From: an uncultured Candidatus Saccharibacteria bacterium | GTDB lineage: Bacteria > Patescibacteriota > Minisyncoccia > Phycocordibacterales > UBA9973 | DNA length: 64,000 bases | Reading direction: 5' to 3' | Assembly: GCA_964544225.1 (NCBI GenBank) | Contig: CAZIZK010000001.1 | Coordinates: forward strand, 54,856-118,855 | In this document: piece by piece, positions 38,056 to 49,386 of the stretch | Position numbering within the stretch: the first letter of the stretch is position 1 | Layout of the letters: each line of letters begins with the position of its first letter | Program-made: the position numbers and the translations under genes | The notes under the pieces: generated by a model | Seen by the model: the letters and a program-made list of their open reading frames with translations, nothing else | Told to the model about the DNA's origin: nothing | The model's database searches: none

Positions 38056-38068
38056 AATATATTATAAA

Positions 38069-39964
38069 TTATTTTATTTCTTCAACTTCTTTTGTGCGAG
38101 GTTTGATACCATGTGACATTATCAATTTATTGTATTCATCTTGTTCAAGTGTCTCTACTTCTATGAGCTTATTAGCTATTGCATCTAGAACCTCGCGCTT
38201 CTCGGTGATAACACGCTTTGCAGTAGCAAGTGCATTGGTCATGATCATCTTTACTTCTTCACCTATTATGTTGGCAACTGCTGGTGGAAGACCCTCTTCA
38301 TTCTGATACCTTGGGTTATCGCTCTCTACAGCTACTGGACCAATAGCATCACTCATACCCCAGCGTGTTACCATAGCGCGAGCCAAGTTAGTAGCCACTT
38401 GTAGATCATTTGAAGGACCAGTAGTTATATCACCAAACACCAACTCTTCCGCAGCATAGCCACCCATAGACATAGCCAAGTCGTCGATGAATTCCTTCTT
38501 GCTCTGTAACTTCCTCTCATCAAGTGGTAGCTTCAGTGTGTAACCACCGGCACTGCCACGTGATACGATAGTTACTTTGTGTACAGGGTCCGCATTTGGC
38601 AACATAGATGCCACTAGTGCATGCCCTGCTTCGTGGTATGCGGTTATCCTCTTCTCCTCTTTTGACATTAGGTGGCTCTTGCGTTCAGGACCCATCATCA
38701 CCTTCTCTATTGATCGGATCAAGTCCATCTGGGCCACCCTCTTCCTATCTTTACGTGCAGCGAGTATTGCCGCCTCGTTCATAAGTGAGTATAGGTCGGC
38801 TCCAGAGAAGCCTGGAGTCCTCTCAGCTATCAACTTTATATTTACATCACTTTCAAGTGGCTTCTTGCGTGAGTGTATAGCCATTATTTCTTCGCGGTCT
38901 TGCCTGTCTGGTAAATCCAATTTTACCCTACGGTCGAAACGCCCTGGGCGAAGAAGCGCTGGGTCCAATACATCGGCTCTGTTTGTTGCTGCCATTACTA
39001 TTACCTTCTCTGTTGGTTCGAAGCCGTCCATCTCTACTAGTATCTGGTTTAATGTCTGCTCGCGTTCATCGTTGCCACCACCTGTACCAGTACCACGTAC
39101 ACGGCCCACTGCATCGATCTCATCAATAAACACTATCGATGGTGAAGCCTTCTTTGCCATCTTGAACAAGTCACGTACACGTGATGCACCCACACCTACA
39201 AACATCTCTACGAACTCACTTCCTGAAAGGTGGAAGAACGGCACACCAGCCTCGCCTGCAACTGCACGAGCCAACAATGTCTTACCTGTACCCGGTGCAC
39301 CTGTGAGCATGACGCCCTTTGGTATCTGTGCGCCGATGTCTAGAAACTTCTTTGGGTTGCGTAGGAAGTCTACTATCTCCTCTAGCTCTATCTTTGCCTC
39401 TTTATTACCAGCAACGTCTTTGAATACTACTTTGTTCTTCTTGTCATCGGGTGTTGTGATACGAGCTTTTGACTGGCCAAAGTTCATAGCCTGCATGCCC
39501 TGCCCTTTTACCTGGCGAGTTAGCATCCATACTAGAAACAACACCATTAGTACTGGTAGTGCAAATGGCAATATATTTAGTAACCAATATCCGAAACCAC
39601 TTTCGTTCTTTATCTCTATCGGAGTGTTGGCAAGTTGCTCTACAGTCACACCATAACGCACGAGTGTGTCTGACAGTGCGCTCTCGGGTTCCTTCTTTGC
39701 AGTGGCTTTGGTGCCGTCTTTCATTTCTAGATTTACATCTTCACCGGCTACAACTATCTTGGTCACCTCACCTTTTTGGACGCTCTTTGCAATATCAGAA
39801 ATAGCGTACTTTTTTACTTCACTAGGGCTACCAGAAAGTACAGAATATAGGGCTGTTATAGCCATAAATATAAGGACCGCTGTTATAAGCTGGCTACCTA
39901 TCTTTAGGGGCTTTTTACTTTTATTTAAAGGCTTTTTTGTCATTTTCATATGGTTATTATACAT
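38069..39964 (-). CDS. ftsH: ATP-dependent zinc metalloprotease FtsH
   Basis: TM anchors, AAA Walker A GAPGTGKT, second region of homology, HEAGHA zinc site. Confidence 0.95.
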   Translation of the reverse strand: MYNNHMKMTKKPLNKSKKPLKIGSQLITAVLIFMAITALYSVLSGSPSEVKKYAISDIAKSVQKGEVTKIVVAGEDVNLEMKDGTKATAKKEPESALSDTLVRYGVTVEQLANTPIEIKNESGFGYWLLNILPFALPVLMVLFLVWMLTRQVKGQGMQAMNFGQSKARITTPDDKKNKVVFKDVAGNKEAKIELEEIVDFLRNPKKFLDIGAQIPKGVMLTGAPGTGKTLLARAVAGEAGVPFFHLSGSEFVEMFVGVGASRVRDLFKMAKKASPSIVFIDEIDAVGRVRGTGTGGGNDEREQTLNQILVEMDGFEPTEKVIVMAATNRADVLDPALLRPGRFDRRVKLDLPDRQDREEIMAIHSRKKPLESDVNIKLIAERTPGFSGADLYSLMNEAAILAARKDRKRVAQMDLIRSIEKVMMGPERKSHLMSKEEKRITAYHEAGHALVASMLPNADPVHKVTIVSRGSAGGYTLKLPLDERKLQSKKEFIDDLAMSMGGYAAEELVFGDITTGPSNDLQVATNLARAMVTRWGMSDAIGPVAVESDNPRYQNEEGLPPAVANIIGEEVKMIMTNALATAKRVITEKREVLDAIANKLIEVETLEQDEYNKLIMSHGIKPRTKEVEEIK

Positions 39965-40239
39965 GAAAGGGCTTTGATTTTCTAGGATTTTACCTATTTG
40001 ACTTTTCTATAAAAAATGATATAATACCAAAGAATGTTTGCGCAATTAATTTTAATTGCGTTCGCGCTGGGAGGGCCGAAACGCAAAAAAGAAGAAGAAG
40101 TTTTTGAAGACAATTTAAATAAACTCATTGAGGTTGAAAAAAGATTGTCAGAGATTGAAACATGTTTCCCGAATTTATCGGAAATACAACATTTACAATC
40201 CATCGCCCACAGGCAGGGTGATAAATAATTTCTTTTTTA

Positions 40240-40761
40240 ATGAAAACCGGAGGGGCACATGTTAGCATGTGTACCCTTTTCTTTTGCCTAAAATGTATTA
40301 TCTGCTACCATACATGTATGACTACCTTTATAGACAACCGCAAAGCCCACTTCAATTATGCTGTAGATGATAAATACGAGGCAGGTATCGAGCTACTCGG
40401 CTTTGAAGTAAAAGCTCTGAAGGCTGGTATGGGCAACCTGGCTGGCGCATTCTGCGTGATACGTGGTGGTGAAGCATTTGTCGTAAATATGCATATCACT
40501 CCGTACCAAGCCGGCAACACCCCAGTAACTTATGACCCAGACCGTACTCGCAAGTTGCTATTGAAGAAGAAAGAATTGGCAGAATTGGCCGTCATTGATA
40601 AAGCGAAAGGTTTGACCCTCATTCCCCTTTCGGTGTATAGTAAGGGTCGCAGGATCAAGATGGAGCTTGGTGTTGCAAAAGGTAAAAAGCTTCATGATAA
40701 ACGCGAGTCTATCAAGAAGCGCGATACTGATCGCGAGATCCGTAGAACATTGAAAGAATAA
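40240..40761 (+). CDS. smpB: SsrA-binding protein SmpB (likely true start at internal MTTFIDNRK)
   Basis: FNYAVDDKYEAGIELLGFEVK...AFCVIRGGEAFVVNMHI...YDPDRTRKLLL is the SmpB signature; directly upstream of the tmRNA. Confidence 0.9.
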   Translation: MKTGGAHVSMCTLFFCLKCIICYHTCMTTFIDNRKAHFNYAVDDKYEAGIELLGFEVKALKAGMGNLAGAFCVIRGGEAFVVNMHITPYQAGNTPVTYDPDRTRKLLLKKKELAELAVIDKAKGLTLIPLSVYSKGRRIKMELGVAKGKKLHDKRESIKKRDTDREIRRTLKE

Positions 40762-40771
40762 TAAATACATG

Positions 40772-41161
40772 GGGGTGACGGGCTTCGATGGGGGCTGTTA
40801 TCTTTTATGTGCGTGTAAAGTACTCAGGAATCTTTTAAAACTTCTTGGAAAAGACTAAGTGCAAACAAAGTCGCTTCAGTAAAGTCACCTTACGCTTTTG
40901 CGTTTAGTGGCTCTGCTCTCTCATTCGCTTAATTTAAGCCAATGGAGTGTCTATGCTATCTACATCCGATAAATAGTATGGGCATAATTAATCGGGTTAC
41001 GAAACAATTACCGCTTGAATTTGTTTCCGACAATTAAAAGCTCGGTGATATAGTGTTTTGTCTGTTCTCTAGCTATATCATTTAAAACCAATGAACATAC
41101 TACACACGTAGACTCATATAAGAGCGTCCTTCACATGGCGGTTCAACTCCGCCCACTTCCA
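40772..41161 (+). ncRNA. ssrA: tmRNA (ssrA), about 390 nt
   Basis: 5' GGGGGUGACGGGCUUCGAUGGGGG (tRNA-like 5' half), 3' GGCGG-UUCAACU-CCGCC T-arm and CACUUCC-A acceptor strand giving a G3:U70 wobble. An internal tag reading frame GCA AAC AAA ... GCT CTC TCA TTC GCT TAA encodes a tag ending ALSFA. Confidence 0.85.
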
Positions 41162-41167
41162 CAATTT

Positions 41168-41194
41168 AAAAAACCACCTATTAGGTGGTTTTTT
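41168..41194. terminator. Bidirectional intrinsic terminator after ssrA and purB
   Basis: aaaaaa-CCACCT-att-AGGTGG-tttttt. Confidence 0.8.
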
Positions 41195-41198
41195 AAAT

Positions 41199-42566
41199 TT
41201 ACATCTTTGCTAGCTTACTTGCGATGCCGGTGTAGGATAGTGGGGTGAATTTCTTTAATTCTTTTTTGATTTCGGGTGAGACTTTTAGACCATCGATAAA
41301 TTGTGCAAAATCTTCCATAGTCACAACCTTGCCACGGGTTATAGCCTTCAAAGCTTCGTATGGGACTGGCAAGCCTTCCCTCCTCATTACTGTCTGGATA
41401 GCTTCGGCCACTACCTCGGGGTGGGCCAATAGGTCCTCCTTTATTTTATTTTCATTTATAGATATTTTACTCAACCCTTTCAGACACATTACATATCCTA
41501 GATACGCGTGGCCAAATGCAGTTCCAAAAGCGCGTGATACTGTAGAGTCGGACAAGTCGCGCTGTAGGCGTGACACTGGTAGCTTGCGTGCGAAGAATTC
41601 AAAGAGTGCGTTCGCAATACCTAGGTTCCCTTCACTGTTCTCGAAATCGATCGGGTTTACTTTGTGTGGCATTGTACTTGAGCCCACTTCCCCGGCCTTT
41701 GGCTTCTGAGTTATATAACTATCTGATATGTAGCGCCAGATGTCCTGATTGAAATCAATAAGGATAGTGTTGGCACGGCGGATATTGTCGGCAAGCTCGG
41801 CATAAGTATCGTGTGGTTCGATCTGAGTAGTTAATAAATTTGGGCACAATTTAACACCGGCAACCTTACCAATATGCGCAATATACTTCTTTGTAAATGC
41901 TGGCCAGTTCACCTTTGGATATGCAGCGACAAATGCATTGTAGTTACCAGTAGCACCATTTAGCTTTGCCATTACTTTGAATTGCTTCAGGAAATATATT
42001 TGTCTGCGTAACCTGTCGGCAAATACGGCAAACTCTTTACCCACTGTTGTTGGGCTAGCTGACTGTCCATGAGTACGAGCAAGCATTGGAGTATGGGCAT
42101 ATTTTGTAGCATAACTTTTCATAACAGAGTGTATTTCCAACATGCTTGGGACCATGACACTCTTCACACTGTTCGCAAGCATAAGAGCATACGAAACATT
42201 GTTGGTGTCTTCAGATGTGAGGCCAAAGTGCACCCACTCGATAGAGTCCTTCAGGCTTGTTTTAGCTAGAGATTCTTTTATAAAATATTCTACCGCTTTT
42301 ACATCATGGTTCGTTGTAGCCTCGAACTTCTTTATAGCTTTGTATGATGCATCATTCCAAGTTTCATAAAGCCCACGTATGGCCTTTACCTCATTTGTTG
42401 TAAATTTGCGAAGCTTGGTTACCTTGGCTTCGGAAAGGCATATTAGGAATTCGCACTCCATCATGACCCTATATTTCATAAGGCTACTCTCGGAGAAGTA
42501 TGGGGCTAGTGCCCTTGTCCTATCATAGTATCGTCCATCTAGTGGATTTATTGCATCGTTTATCAT
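41199..42566 (-). CDS. purB: Adenylosuccinate lyase
   Basis: Fumarate-lyase signature GSSTMPHKVNP. Confidence 0.9.
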   Translation of the reverse strand: MINDAINPLDGRYYDRTRALAPYFSESSLMKYRVMMECEFLICLSEAKVTKLRKFTTNEVKAIRGLYETWNDASYKAIKKFEATTNHDVKAVEYFIKESLAKTSLKDSIEWVHFGLTSEDTNNVSYALMLANSVKSVMVPSMLEIHSVMKSYATKYAHTPMLARTHGQSASPTTVGKEFAVFADRLRRQIYFLKQFKVMAKLNGATGNYNAFVAAYPKVNWPAFTKKYIAHIGKVAGVKLCPNLLTTQIEPHDTYAELADNIRRANTILIDFNQDIWRYISDSYITQKPKAGEVGSSTMPHKVNPIDFENSEGNLGIANALFEFFARKLPVSRLQRDLSDSTVSRAFGTAFGHAYLGYVMCLKGLSKISINENKIKEDLLAHPEVVAEAIQTVMRREGLPVPYEALKAITRGKVVTMEDFAQFIDGLKVSPEIKKELKKFTPLSYTGIASKLAKM

Positions 42567-42654
42567 ATAGCGATTATATGCAATTTCACCCCAATCTGCA
42601 AATAAAAAACTCGACCAAAAAAGGCCGAGTTTTTAATGAATTAAAATAGCTATT

Positions 42655-43623
42655 TTACGAATCGATCTTCAAATTACTTTTTATACGATCGTTAGATGAC
42701 ATTGTAAAATCGTGTTCGAAAACTTTACCTGTCAGTGTATCGTATATCTCGATATACCTATGGGAAAGTTCGGCCACCATGTCGGCTGGGATTTCTGGAA
42801 GAACTTCTACAGTATATGGGTCACACTTCTGGCTGAGCCATATACGTACAAACTCTTTGTCGAAATATTCCGGCTCCATGCCAGCGTCAATACGTTCCTG
42901 ATAGGTACCAGCCTTCCAGTATCGTGAAGAGTCGGGAGTATGGATCTCGTCTATCAGATATATCTCATCATTTTCATCGGTGCCGAACTCGTACTTTGTA
43001 TCTACAAGTATCAAGCCTTTTGAAAGTGCAATTTCTTGCCCACGGATAAATAGTGCGGTAGCATATCTCTCAACTTTATCTAAAATCTCTTGAGATATTA
43101 TCCCTTTCTCCACCATCTCTTGTGGAGACATAGTCACATCGTGATCATCACTTTTCGTAGATGGTGTAAATACTGGTTTATCAAGTTTGTGATTCTTCTT
43201 TAACCCATCTGGTAATATAAAATTACCAAAGTCACGCTTGCCATCCTTGTAGTGTGTCCACACCGAAGTGTTAGTAGTGCCAGTCAGGTACCCGCGCATA
43301 ACAGCCTCGATAGGTAGTGGCTTCAACTTCTTCGCCACCAATACCGCAGGGTCCGGGACCCTGATTACATGGTTCTGCACAATATCCTTTGTTTGTTCGA
43401 ACCACCATGCACTGATAAGGTTGAGCACCTCCCCTTTGAAAGGTATGTGTGCAATGATGCGGTCGAAAGATGAATGGCGGTCGGTAGATACAAGTGTAAT
43501 AGTATCGTCGGCAATATAAATATCGCGGACTTTACCTACCACCTTCTTACCTAGGCCTTGAAAGTCTGTGCCTTTCAATACATCCCCTACATGTTGTTTG
43601 ATTGTTTCTAATTCCATAGTCAT
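42655..43623 (-). CDS. purC: SAICAR synthetase (long form)
   Basis: GKVRDIY...LVSTDRHSSFD and C-terminal SAICAR_synt motifs. Confidence 0.85.
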   Translation of the reverse strand: MTMELETIKQHVGDVLKGTDFQGLGKKVVGKVRDIYIADDTITLVSTDRHSSFDRIIAHIPFKGEVLNLISAWWFEQTKDIVQNHVIRVPDPAVLVAKKLKPLPIEAVMRGYLTGTTNTSVWTHYKDGKRDFGNFILPDGLKKNHKLDKPVFTPSTKSDDHDVTMSPQEMVEKGIISQEILDKVERYATALFIRGQEIALSKGLILVDTKYEFGTDENDEIYLIDEIHTPDSSRYWKAGTYQERIDAGMEPEYFDKEFVRIWLSQKCDPYTVEVLPEIPADMVAELSHRYIEIYDTLTGKVFEHDFTMSSNDRIKSNLKIDS

Positions 43624-43653
43624 AAATATTTTTCTTTTGATTATACAGATATA

Positions 43654-44694
43654 TTACCGTAATACAACCTTGCCGTTGCCTTTTATAATCTGGCCGATTT
43701 CGTACATTTTAAATTCTGGATATTTTGCAAGAACTGATTCTATCTTTGCCTTTTCACTTTGTGGAACAATTAGTACAAGTCCAATACCCATATTGAACAC
43801 GCGGTACATCTCGTTCTGTTCTACATTACCCACCTTTTGCATATATGGGAATATTGGCAACATTGGCCAAGTATTCAAATTGATTTGTGCATCTAGACTC
43901 TCGGGCAATACACGTGGAATGTTCTCGATAAATCCCCCACCTGTTATATGTGCGATACCACGGATGTCCACACCAGTTGATAACATCTCCAGAACTGGTA
44001 CAGAATAATTTACATGAACTTTTAGTAATGCTTCGCCAACACTTTCACCGAGCTCGTCTACGACAGTATTTACATCGTGGCCGGCAATATCAAAAAGTAT
44101 TTTACGTGCAAGTGAGAATCCGTTAGTGTGCAACCCTGAAGATGGAAGCCCGATCAGGATATCACCTTCTTCAATCCTCTCGCCTGTTATGATGCCGTCT
44201 TTCTCTACCACACCTGTTATACACCCTGCTATGTCATGTTCGCCTTTCATATACACACCCGGCATCTCGGCTGTCTCGCCACCTATTAATGCGACACCAT
44301 TGTCCCTACATGCTTTGGCCATACCAGCCACCATATCCGCCATTACAATCGGGTCCAGTTTGTCATGTGCTACATAGTCCAGGAATGTAAGCGACTTGGC
44401 ACCCATGGCTAGCAAGTCATCACAACAGTGGTTAACTATATCCTGGCCTACTGTATCGTACTTATTCATCATACGTGCAACAGAAAGCTTTGTCCCGACA
44501 CCGTCGATACTCTGGACCAATACAGGATTCTTATAATTCTTTATTATGTCACCCAAGTCATAAAGCCCACCAAAACTTCCGATACCTGTCAGAACCGCAC
44601 TCGTATGAGTACTAGCTACATTGCCCTTCATTAGCTTCACCGCCTCATTCCCTGCATCAATATTTACCCCTGATTGTGTATATAAATCTGACAT
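43654..44694 (-). CDS. purM: Phosphoribosylformylglycinamidine cyclo-ligase (AIR synthetase)
   Basis: VQSIDGVGTK, GGETAEMPG motifs. Confidence 0.9.
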   Translation of the reverse strand: MSDLYTQSGVNIDAGNEAVKLMKGNVASTHTSAVLTGIGSFGGLYDLGDIIKNYKNPVLVQSIDGVGTKLSVARMMNKYDTVGQDIVNHCCDDLLAMGAKSLTFLDYVAHDKLDPIVMADMVAGMAKACRDNGVALIGGETAEMPGVYMKGEHDIAGCITGVVEKDGIITGERIEEGDILIGLPSSGLHTNGFSLARKILFDIAGHDVNTVVDELGESVGEALLKVHVNYSVPVLEMLSTGVDIRGIAHITGGGFIENIPRVLPESLDAQINLNTWPMLPIFPYMQKVGNVEQNEMYRVFNMGIGLVLIVPQSEKAKIESVLAKYPEFKMYEIGQIIKGNGKVVLR

Positions 44695-44715
44695 GATTTT
44701 ATAAATGAAATTAAA

Positions 44716-45264
44716 TTACATATTTTTTAAATATTCTTCGTAACCTTGGTCTAATAATTTCTTTGCTTTACCCTTTACCTCTTTATTCATACTGTCCTTG
44801 TAGTCAAAAATCTTTTTATCCAACTTCTTGTCTGACATGGCCAACATCTGGCAAGCAAGTAGCCCAGCATTCTTTGCACCATTTACCGCCACACTTGCCA
44901 CAGGTACACCTGGTGGCATCTGAGCGATAGAAAGGAGTGAGTCCAGTCCATCCATAGACTTTGTCTTTATAGGTACACCTATTACTGGCAGTGTCGTCAT
45001 CGAAGCCACCATGCCTGGTAAGTGCGCAGAACCACCAGCACCAGCAATGATTACCTTGATCCCACGGGCCTTGGCCTTCACCGCATACTTTACCAACACG
45101 TCCGGTGTACGGTGTGCAGAGACAACAGTCATCTCATACGGCACGCCAAACTCGGCAAGTATCTTGCCTGCGTCTTGCATCACACCCAAATCTGAATCGG
45201 AACCCATTATTATTGATACGTTTACTTTTTTCATAATTTTATATTTCAATACTCTTCCTTGCAT
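44716..45264 (-). CDS. purE: N5-CAIR mutase
   Basis: IMGSDSD and [13 protein letters not shown] motifs. Confidence 0.9.
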   Translation of the reverse strand: MQGRVLKYKIMKKVNVSIIMGSDSDLGVMQDAGKILAEFGVPYEMTVVSAHRTPDVLVKYAVKAKARGIKVIIAGAGGSAHLPGMVASMTTLPVIGVPIKTKSMDGLDSLLSIAQMPPGVPVASVAVNGAKNAGLLACQMLAMSDKKLDKKIFDYKDSMNKEVKGKAKKLLDQGYEEYLKNM

Positions 45265-46360
45265 TCAATGCCCTCTCTTCTGCCTCTTCCAATGTGTCGG
45301 CAAGGGCTGTAATATGGCCCATCTTCCTCTCCTTGCGTGTCTCCAGTTTACCATAAATATGAACATTTGCATTCCCGTCTGGGTGAACATAATCCACCTT
45401 TAAAAGGGCCTCGCCATCGCGCTCGCCAAGTATGTTTACCATTACGGCATAGTCACTTACAGGCTCGATATCTATCAGGTGCATGCCTGTTACAGCACGT
45501 ACGTGCGCTTCGAATTGCGACATGTTGAAGCCTTCGATAGTATGGTGGCCCGAGTTGTGGACCCTTGGGGCTATCTCATTTACAAATACTTCGCCATCAG
45601 CTGTTAGGAATATTTCCACAGCACACACTCCTACAAAAGAAAGTGCATCCAGAACCTTCTGTGCTAAATCTTGAGCCTTTGATTTTACTTCATCATCTAC
45701 AGGTGCTGGTGATCGGACAATATGACAAATATTGTTCCTGTGCACTGTCTCTACTACTGGGTAGGAAACAATCTTGCCAAACATGTCGCGGGCAGACACT
45801 ACAGCCAGTTCCTTTACAAATGGTACAAACTTCTCGGCATACAGAGTACTGTTCGCAAGCTTTTCAAATGCTTCATCAATATCGCACTCGTTCTTCACGA
45901 CAAAGTTACCACGCCCATCGTACGCATCAAAGCGCGCCTTTAATAGGAACGGGTAGCCAAATATCTCACCCTGCTTCGAGGCATCGTCTTTATTAGTAAC
46001 GATAGCAAAATCGGCAACGGGTATATTGTGATTGGTCAGGTACACCTTCTGCTCGAATTTATCTTTAATTATTTTTAGTATCGATGGGTTTGGGTGTACT
46101 GGCAGATCACGAGCGACGAGCTCGTCCAGGGCATCAGCATTGGCCGACTCTATTTCAAATGTTATATAGTCTGCCACTTGTGCAAGCTCTAGTATCTTAC
46201 CCTTATCTTTAAAGCTTCCTATAATCTGCTCATCTGCTACATATGATGCTGGGCAGTTCTCGGTGGGGTCCAGGACCACCACACGCAAACCAAACCTATG
46301 CGCCCCTGACGCTAGCATCTTGCCTAACTGCCCTCCCCCAACTATCCCGATTGTTTTCAT
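45239..46360 (-). CDS. purK: N5-carboxyaminoimidazole ribonucleotide synthetase
   Basis: [11 protein letters not shown]-terminus, ATP-grasp fold. Confidence 0.85.
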   Translation of the reverse strand: MKTIGIVGGGQLGKMLASGAHRFGLRVVVLDPTENCPASYVADEQIIGSFKDKGKILELAQVADYITFEIESANADALDELVARDLPVHPNPSILKIIKDKFEQKVYLTNHNIPVADFAIVTNKDDASKQGEIFGYPFLLKARFDAYDGRGNFVVKNECDIDEAFEKLANSTLYAEKFVPFVKELAVVSARDMFGKIVSYPVVETVHRNNICHIVRSPAPVDDEVKSKAQDLAQKVLDALSFVGVCAVEIFLTADGEVFVNEIAPRVHNSGHHTIEGFNMSQFEAHVRAVTGMHLIDIEPVSDYAVMVNILGERDGEALLKVDYVHPDGNANVHIYGKLETRKERKMGHITALADTLEEAEERALNARKSIEI

Positions 46361-46371
46361 ATAATTTAATT

Positions 46372-46788
46372 TTAAAAGTCAAAATAATTCTTATCTGTTT
46401 TGTACGCTTCTATTGCATATTTGCAGGCTTCAAAAAGCTCGCCAGGTAAATTGTCTACATCGTACCAATCCCAACCATCACACTTTTCTGGTTCGAGATT
46501 TTTTGGTTCACCACTTGCCCAATCAGCTATTAAACCAATATGCACATAGTGTTTCGGTGCATAAGTCTTTAGATTCATTAGAAACTGGAATTGTATGTTT
46601 GATATTTCTATACCACATTCCTCCATTACCTCCCTCTTGGCAGTTTCTGTAAAAGACTCCATATATTCAAGATGCCCTCCAGGAAATGCGTATTGGTGGG
46701 CCCCATGCGACCCCTCCCTTCTACCAAATAGGACTTTGCCGTCTTTTAATATCATAACCCCAACACCAACTTTAGTTTTGTTCTCCAT
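46372..46788 (-). CDS. NUDIX hydrolase
   Basis: Nudix box GGHLEYMESFTETAKREVMEECGI. Confidence 0.8.
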   Translation of the reverse strand: MENKTKVGVGVMILKDGKVLFGRREGSHGAHQYAFPGGHLEYMESFTETAKREVMEECGIEISNIQFQFLMNLKTYAPKHYVHIGLIADWASGEPKNLEPEKCDGWDWYDVDNLPGELFEACKYAIEAYKTDKNYFDF

Positions 46789-46848
46789 AAAATGAGTATA
46801 ACAAAAAACAGGTGTAAAGCAATTTACATTACTTTACACCTGTTACCT

Positions 46849-47433
46849 TTAATACATAAAATATCTGATGCTCTCCTCAGTCCTATCAAAGGCACCTTGT
46901 TGATCATCGTCAAAATTAGAAATTATACTGAAATCCTTTTTATATCTATTCATTGCATCGCAAAAATCTAATGCTGGAGAAGGTTCGTTGGAAAGCAAAA
47001 TTCTTGCTTGTTCCATTGTCTTATCTTCACGAGTCATAACCCTTTGAAGACGTTCGTCCTCTTCAGCAAAGACAAATATATTCCAAACTCTTGGAAAAGA
47101 TTTCCTGGCCAAAAGTGCACCTTCGACAGTTATGTCTATAATGCCGTATTTATGCCTCTGAAGTTCAGAATATTGTGTCCCAGAGAAATAGTGATTTGGG
47201 TCATCTTTATTTCCGATCATCCCCCAATAAAACAAATCATTGGAGGCCTTGAGTTTAAAAAATTCTTCCTTGGAAATAAAATAATATTCCCTGCCATGTT
47301 GTTCACTTTTACGCATTGCACGCGTAGTAAAAGGTACGACACGAGACAATCCTAGATTTAAACCCAGAGCATGATTAACTATTGTCTCCTTCCCCGCTCC
47401 GCGAGGACCAGAAACGGTTATGAGCTTTTCCAT
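46849..47433 (-). CDS. Guanylate kinase-like P-loop kinase
   Basis: P-loop GPRGAGKET and FTTRAMRKSEQHGREYYF, resembling Gmk's TTRPPR..E.DG..Y.F. Confidence 0.55.
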   Translation of the reverse strand: MEKLITVSGPRGAGKETIVNHALGLNLGLSRVVPFTTRAMRKSEQHGREYYFISKEEFFKLKASNDLFYWGMIGNKDDPNHYFSGTQYSELQRHKYGIIDITVEGALLARKSFPRVWNIFVFAEEDERLQRVMTREDKTMEQARILLSNEPSPALDFCDAMNRYKKDFSIISNFDDDQQGAFDRTEESIRYFMY

Positions 47434-47486
47434 TGTTTGTTATAGTATTTTTCTTGACTATAACACACACAATGCAATAAGCAATG

Positions 47487-48770
47487 TTACATATTTAATG
47501 CCTTCTTGCCTATATCATGGCGGTAGTACATGCCTTCGAAATTTATTTTTGTACAAGCTTTGTACGCTTTTACTAAAGCTTCTTCAAGCGTTGCACCTGT
47601 GGCAGACACACCGAGGACTCGGCCACCATTGGTAACCAATTCACCCTTATCATTTAGTTTTGTTCCTGCGTGAAATACCACAATATCAGTATCAAGTTCG
47701 GCTTCATCGATACCAGTTATCACTTTACCCTTTTCATAATTCTCGGGGTAGCCACCCGATGCAAGGACTATCGTACAAGCGTAGCCCTCCTTCCAATTTA
47801 TCTCGAGCTCTACCAACTTGTGATCAATAACTGCATCGACAATATCAAGCAGGTCAGTATCTAAAAGGCGCATATAGCTCTGTGTCTCGGGGTCGCCGAA
47901 TCGGGCATTGTATTCCAATATCTTTGGACCATCACTTGTCAGCATGAGTCCTGGATACAAGACGCCTTCGTAATTGTTGCTGTCATGCTCCATACCGACA
48001 AGAGTTGGCAACATTATTGTATTCTTTATCATTGCAAATAGTGCTTCGTCTACAAACGGAACTGGTGCGATAGTACCCATGCCCCCAGTGTTCAGCCCCT
48101 CATCACCCTCGCCTATCTTCTTATGGTCCTGTGCAGTTGGGAAAGCTTTGTATGTTACCCCGTCGGAAAATGCATGAGTGGAAACTTCCGGACCTGTCAT
48201 GAACTCCTCTATCACTACTTCGCTACCAGCCTCACCGAAAACTTTCTTTACCATCATATTTTCCAATGCTTCATTTGCTTCATCTAAAGTCTCGGCAATT
48301 ATCACCCCCTTACCAAGTGCCAAGCCGGAAGCCTTCACCACTATTGGAACACTTTGTTTATTTAAATATTCTTTTGCTTCATCATAATTTGTAAAAGTTG
48401 CAAACTTTGCAGTTGGCAAATTGTGAGCTTGCATGAACTTCTTTGAAAATGCTTTTGAGGATTCGAGCTGTGCGGCCGCCTTTGTCGGGCCAAATATTCG
48501 CAAACCATTCGCGCGGAACAAGTCCACGATACCTAGTGCTAGTGGGTCGTCGGGGATAGCGAGTGTTACATCAATAGACTCCTTCTTTGCAAAGTCTAAT
48601 AGGCCTCGGATATCGGTGGCAGAAATTGCAACATTGATACCAATACTAGCTGTACCAGCATTGCCCGGTGCAAAGTATATCTGCCCAGCCCGTGGAGACT
48701 GAGCCACCTTCCACCCTATGGCATGTTCCCTACCACCTGCGCCTATTATCAATATCTTTTGCTTTTGCAT
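47487..48770 (-). CDS. purD: Phosphoribosylamine-glycine ligase (GAR synthetase)
   Basis: ATP-grasp; N-terminal ILIIGAGGREHA. Confidence 0.9.
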   Translation of the reverse strand: MQKQKILIIGAGGREHAIGWKVAQSPRAGQIYFAPGNAGTASIGINVAISATDIRGLLDFAKKESIDVTLAIPDDPLALGIVDLFRANGLRIFGPTKAAAQLESSKAFSKKFMQAHNLPTAKFATFTNYDEAKEYLNKQSVPIVVKASGLALGKGVIIAETLDEANEALENMMVKKVFGEAGSEVVIEEFMTGPEVSTHAFSDGVTYKAFPTAQDHKKIGEGDEGLNTGGMGTIAPVPFVDEALFAMIKNTIMLPTLVGMEHDSNNYEGVLYPGLMLTSDGPKILEYNARFGDPETQSYMRLLDTDLLDIVDAVIDHKLVELEINWKEGYACTIVLASGGYPENYEKGKVITGIDEAELDTDIVVFHAGTKLNDKGELVTNGGRVLGVSATGATLEEALVKAYKACTKINFEGMYYRHDIGKKALNM

Positions 48771-48818
48771 ACAATAAATATATCACAAAATGCCTTGATA
48801 AATATGTGTTTATAAAGT

Positions 48819-49337
48819 TTGACTTACTTAATATTTAATGTTATGTTAAAAGAAAAAATATTAAAAAACATGAAAAAACAGATAGAAACTCTCGTAAAAG
48901 GTAAATTTTCTAACGAAATTATTGCCTTGTTGGAAAAAAACTTAGAAGAACATTCTGAGAAACCATTCTCTAGCCAAATAATTCTTTCTTTTAATTTTGG
49001 AGAAATTCTGGAATATAAAATTAATAAATCTACTACAAAAATTCTGAAAAATCTTAAACCGCAGAATTTAGAAAAAATTGAATCACCTGAAATTTTTTCT
49101 ACTATAATTAAAAAACTTTTGGAAAAAAGTGATTCCTACGCGGAAAGTTATTTAGAGGTTATTAGAATTATTAAAAAAGATGGCGAAATATTTTTTGACC
49201 CAAAAGAACATGATTCAAAAGATGTGCAAAGGACTCTTTCTGGATTAAATGCTTTTTTACTTAGTCGTGGTTTATTTTACTCTGTAAAAAATACAGGGAT
49301 AAGAAGAACTTTTACTTTGTACAAATTAAAATTTTAA
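48819..49337 (+). CDS. Hypothetical protein (172 aa), AT-rich, inserted between purD and purN on the opposite strand
   Basis: ORF only; composition more AT-rich than the flanking pur genes. Confidence 0.35.
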   Translation: MTYLIFNVMLKEKILKNMKKQIETLVKGKFSNEIIALLEKNLEEHSEKPFSSQIILSFNFGEILEYKINKSTTKILKNLKPQNLEKIESPEIFSTIIKKLLEKSDSYAESYLEVIRIIKKDGEIFFDPKEHDSKDVQRTLSGLNAFLLSRGLFYSVKNTGIRRTFTLYKLKF

Positions 49338-49343
49338 AAACAG

Positions 49344-49386
49344 TCCACAATATTGGAGAAAATCCAACTTGTGGATTTTCTTTTTA
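49344..49386. terminator. Intrinsic terminator (convergent genes)
   Basis: TCCACAA-N18-TTGTGGA followed by ttttcttttt. Confidence 0.55.

Noticed and set aside
38577-39656. 359-aa plus-strand ORF antisense to ftsH
   Set aside because: ftsH on the minus strand has unambiguous AAA and HEAGH motifs. The antisense ORF is low-complexity (S/R/P/T-rich), typical of a spurious frame opposite a GC-richer gene.
40034-40228. 64-aa ORF between ftsH and smpB
   Set aside because: It lies in the divergent promoter region, has no conserved features and contains an inverted repeat (tgcgcaattaa/ttaattgcg). It is more likely regulatory DNA than a gene.
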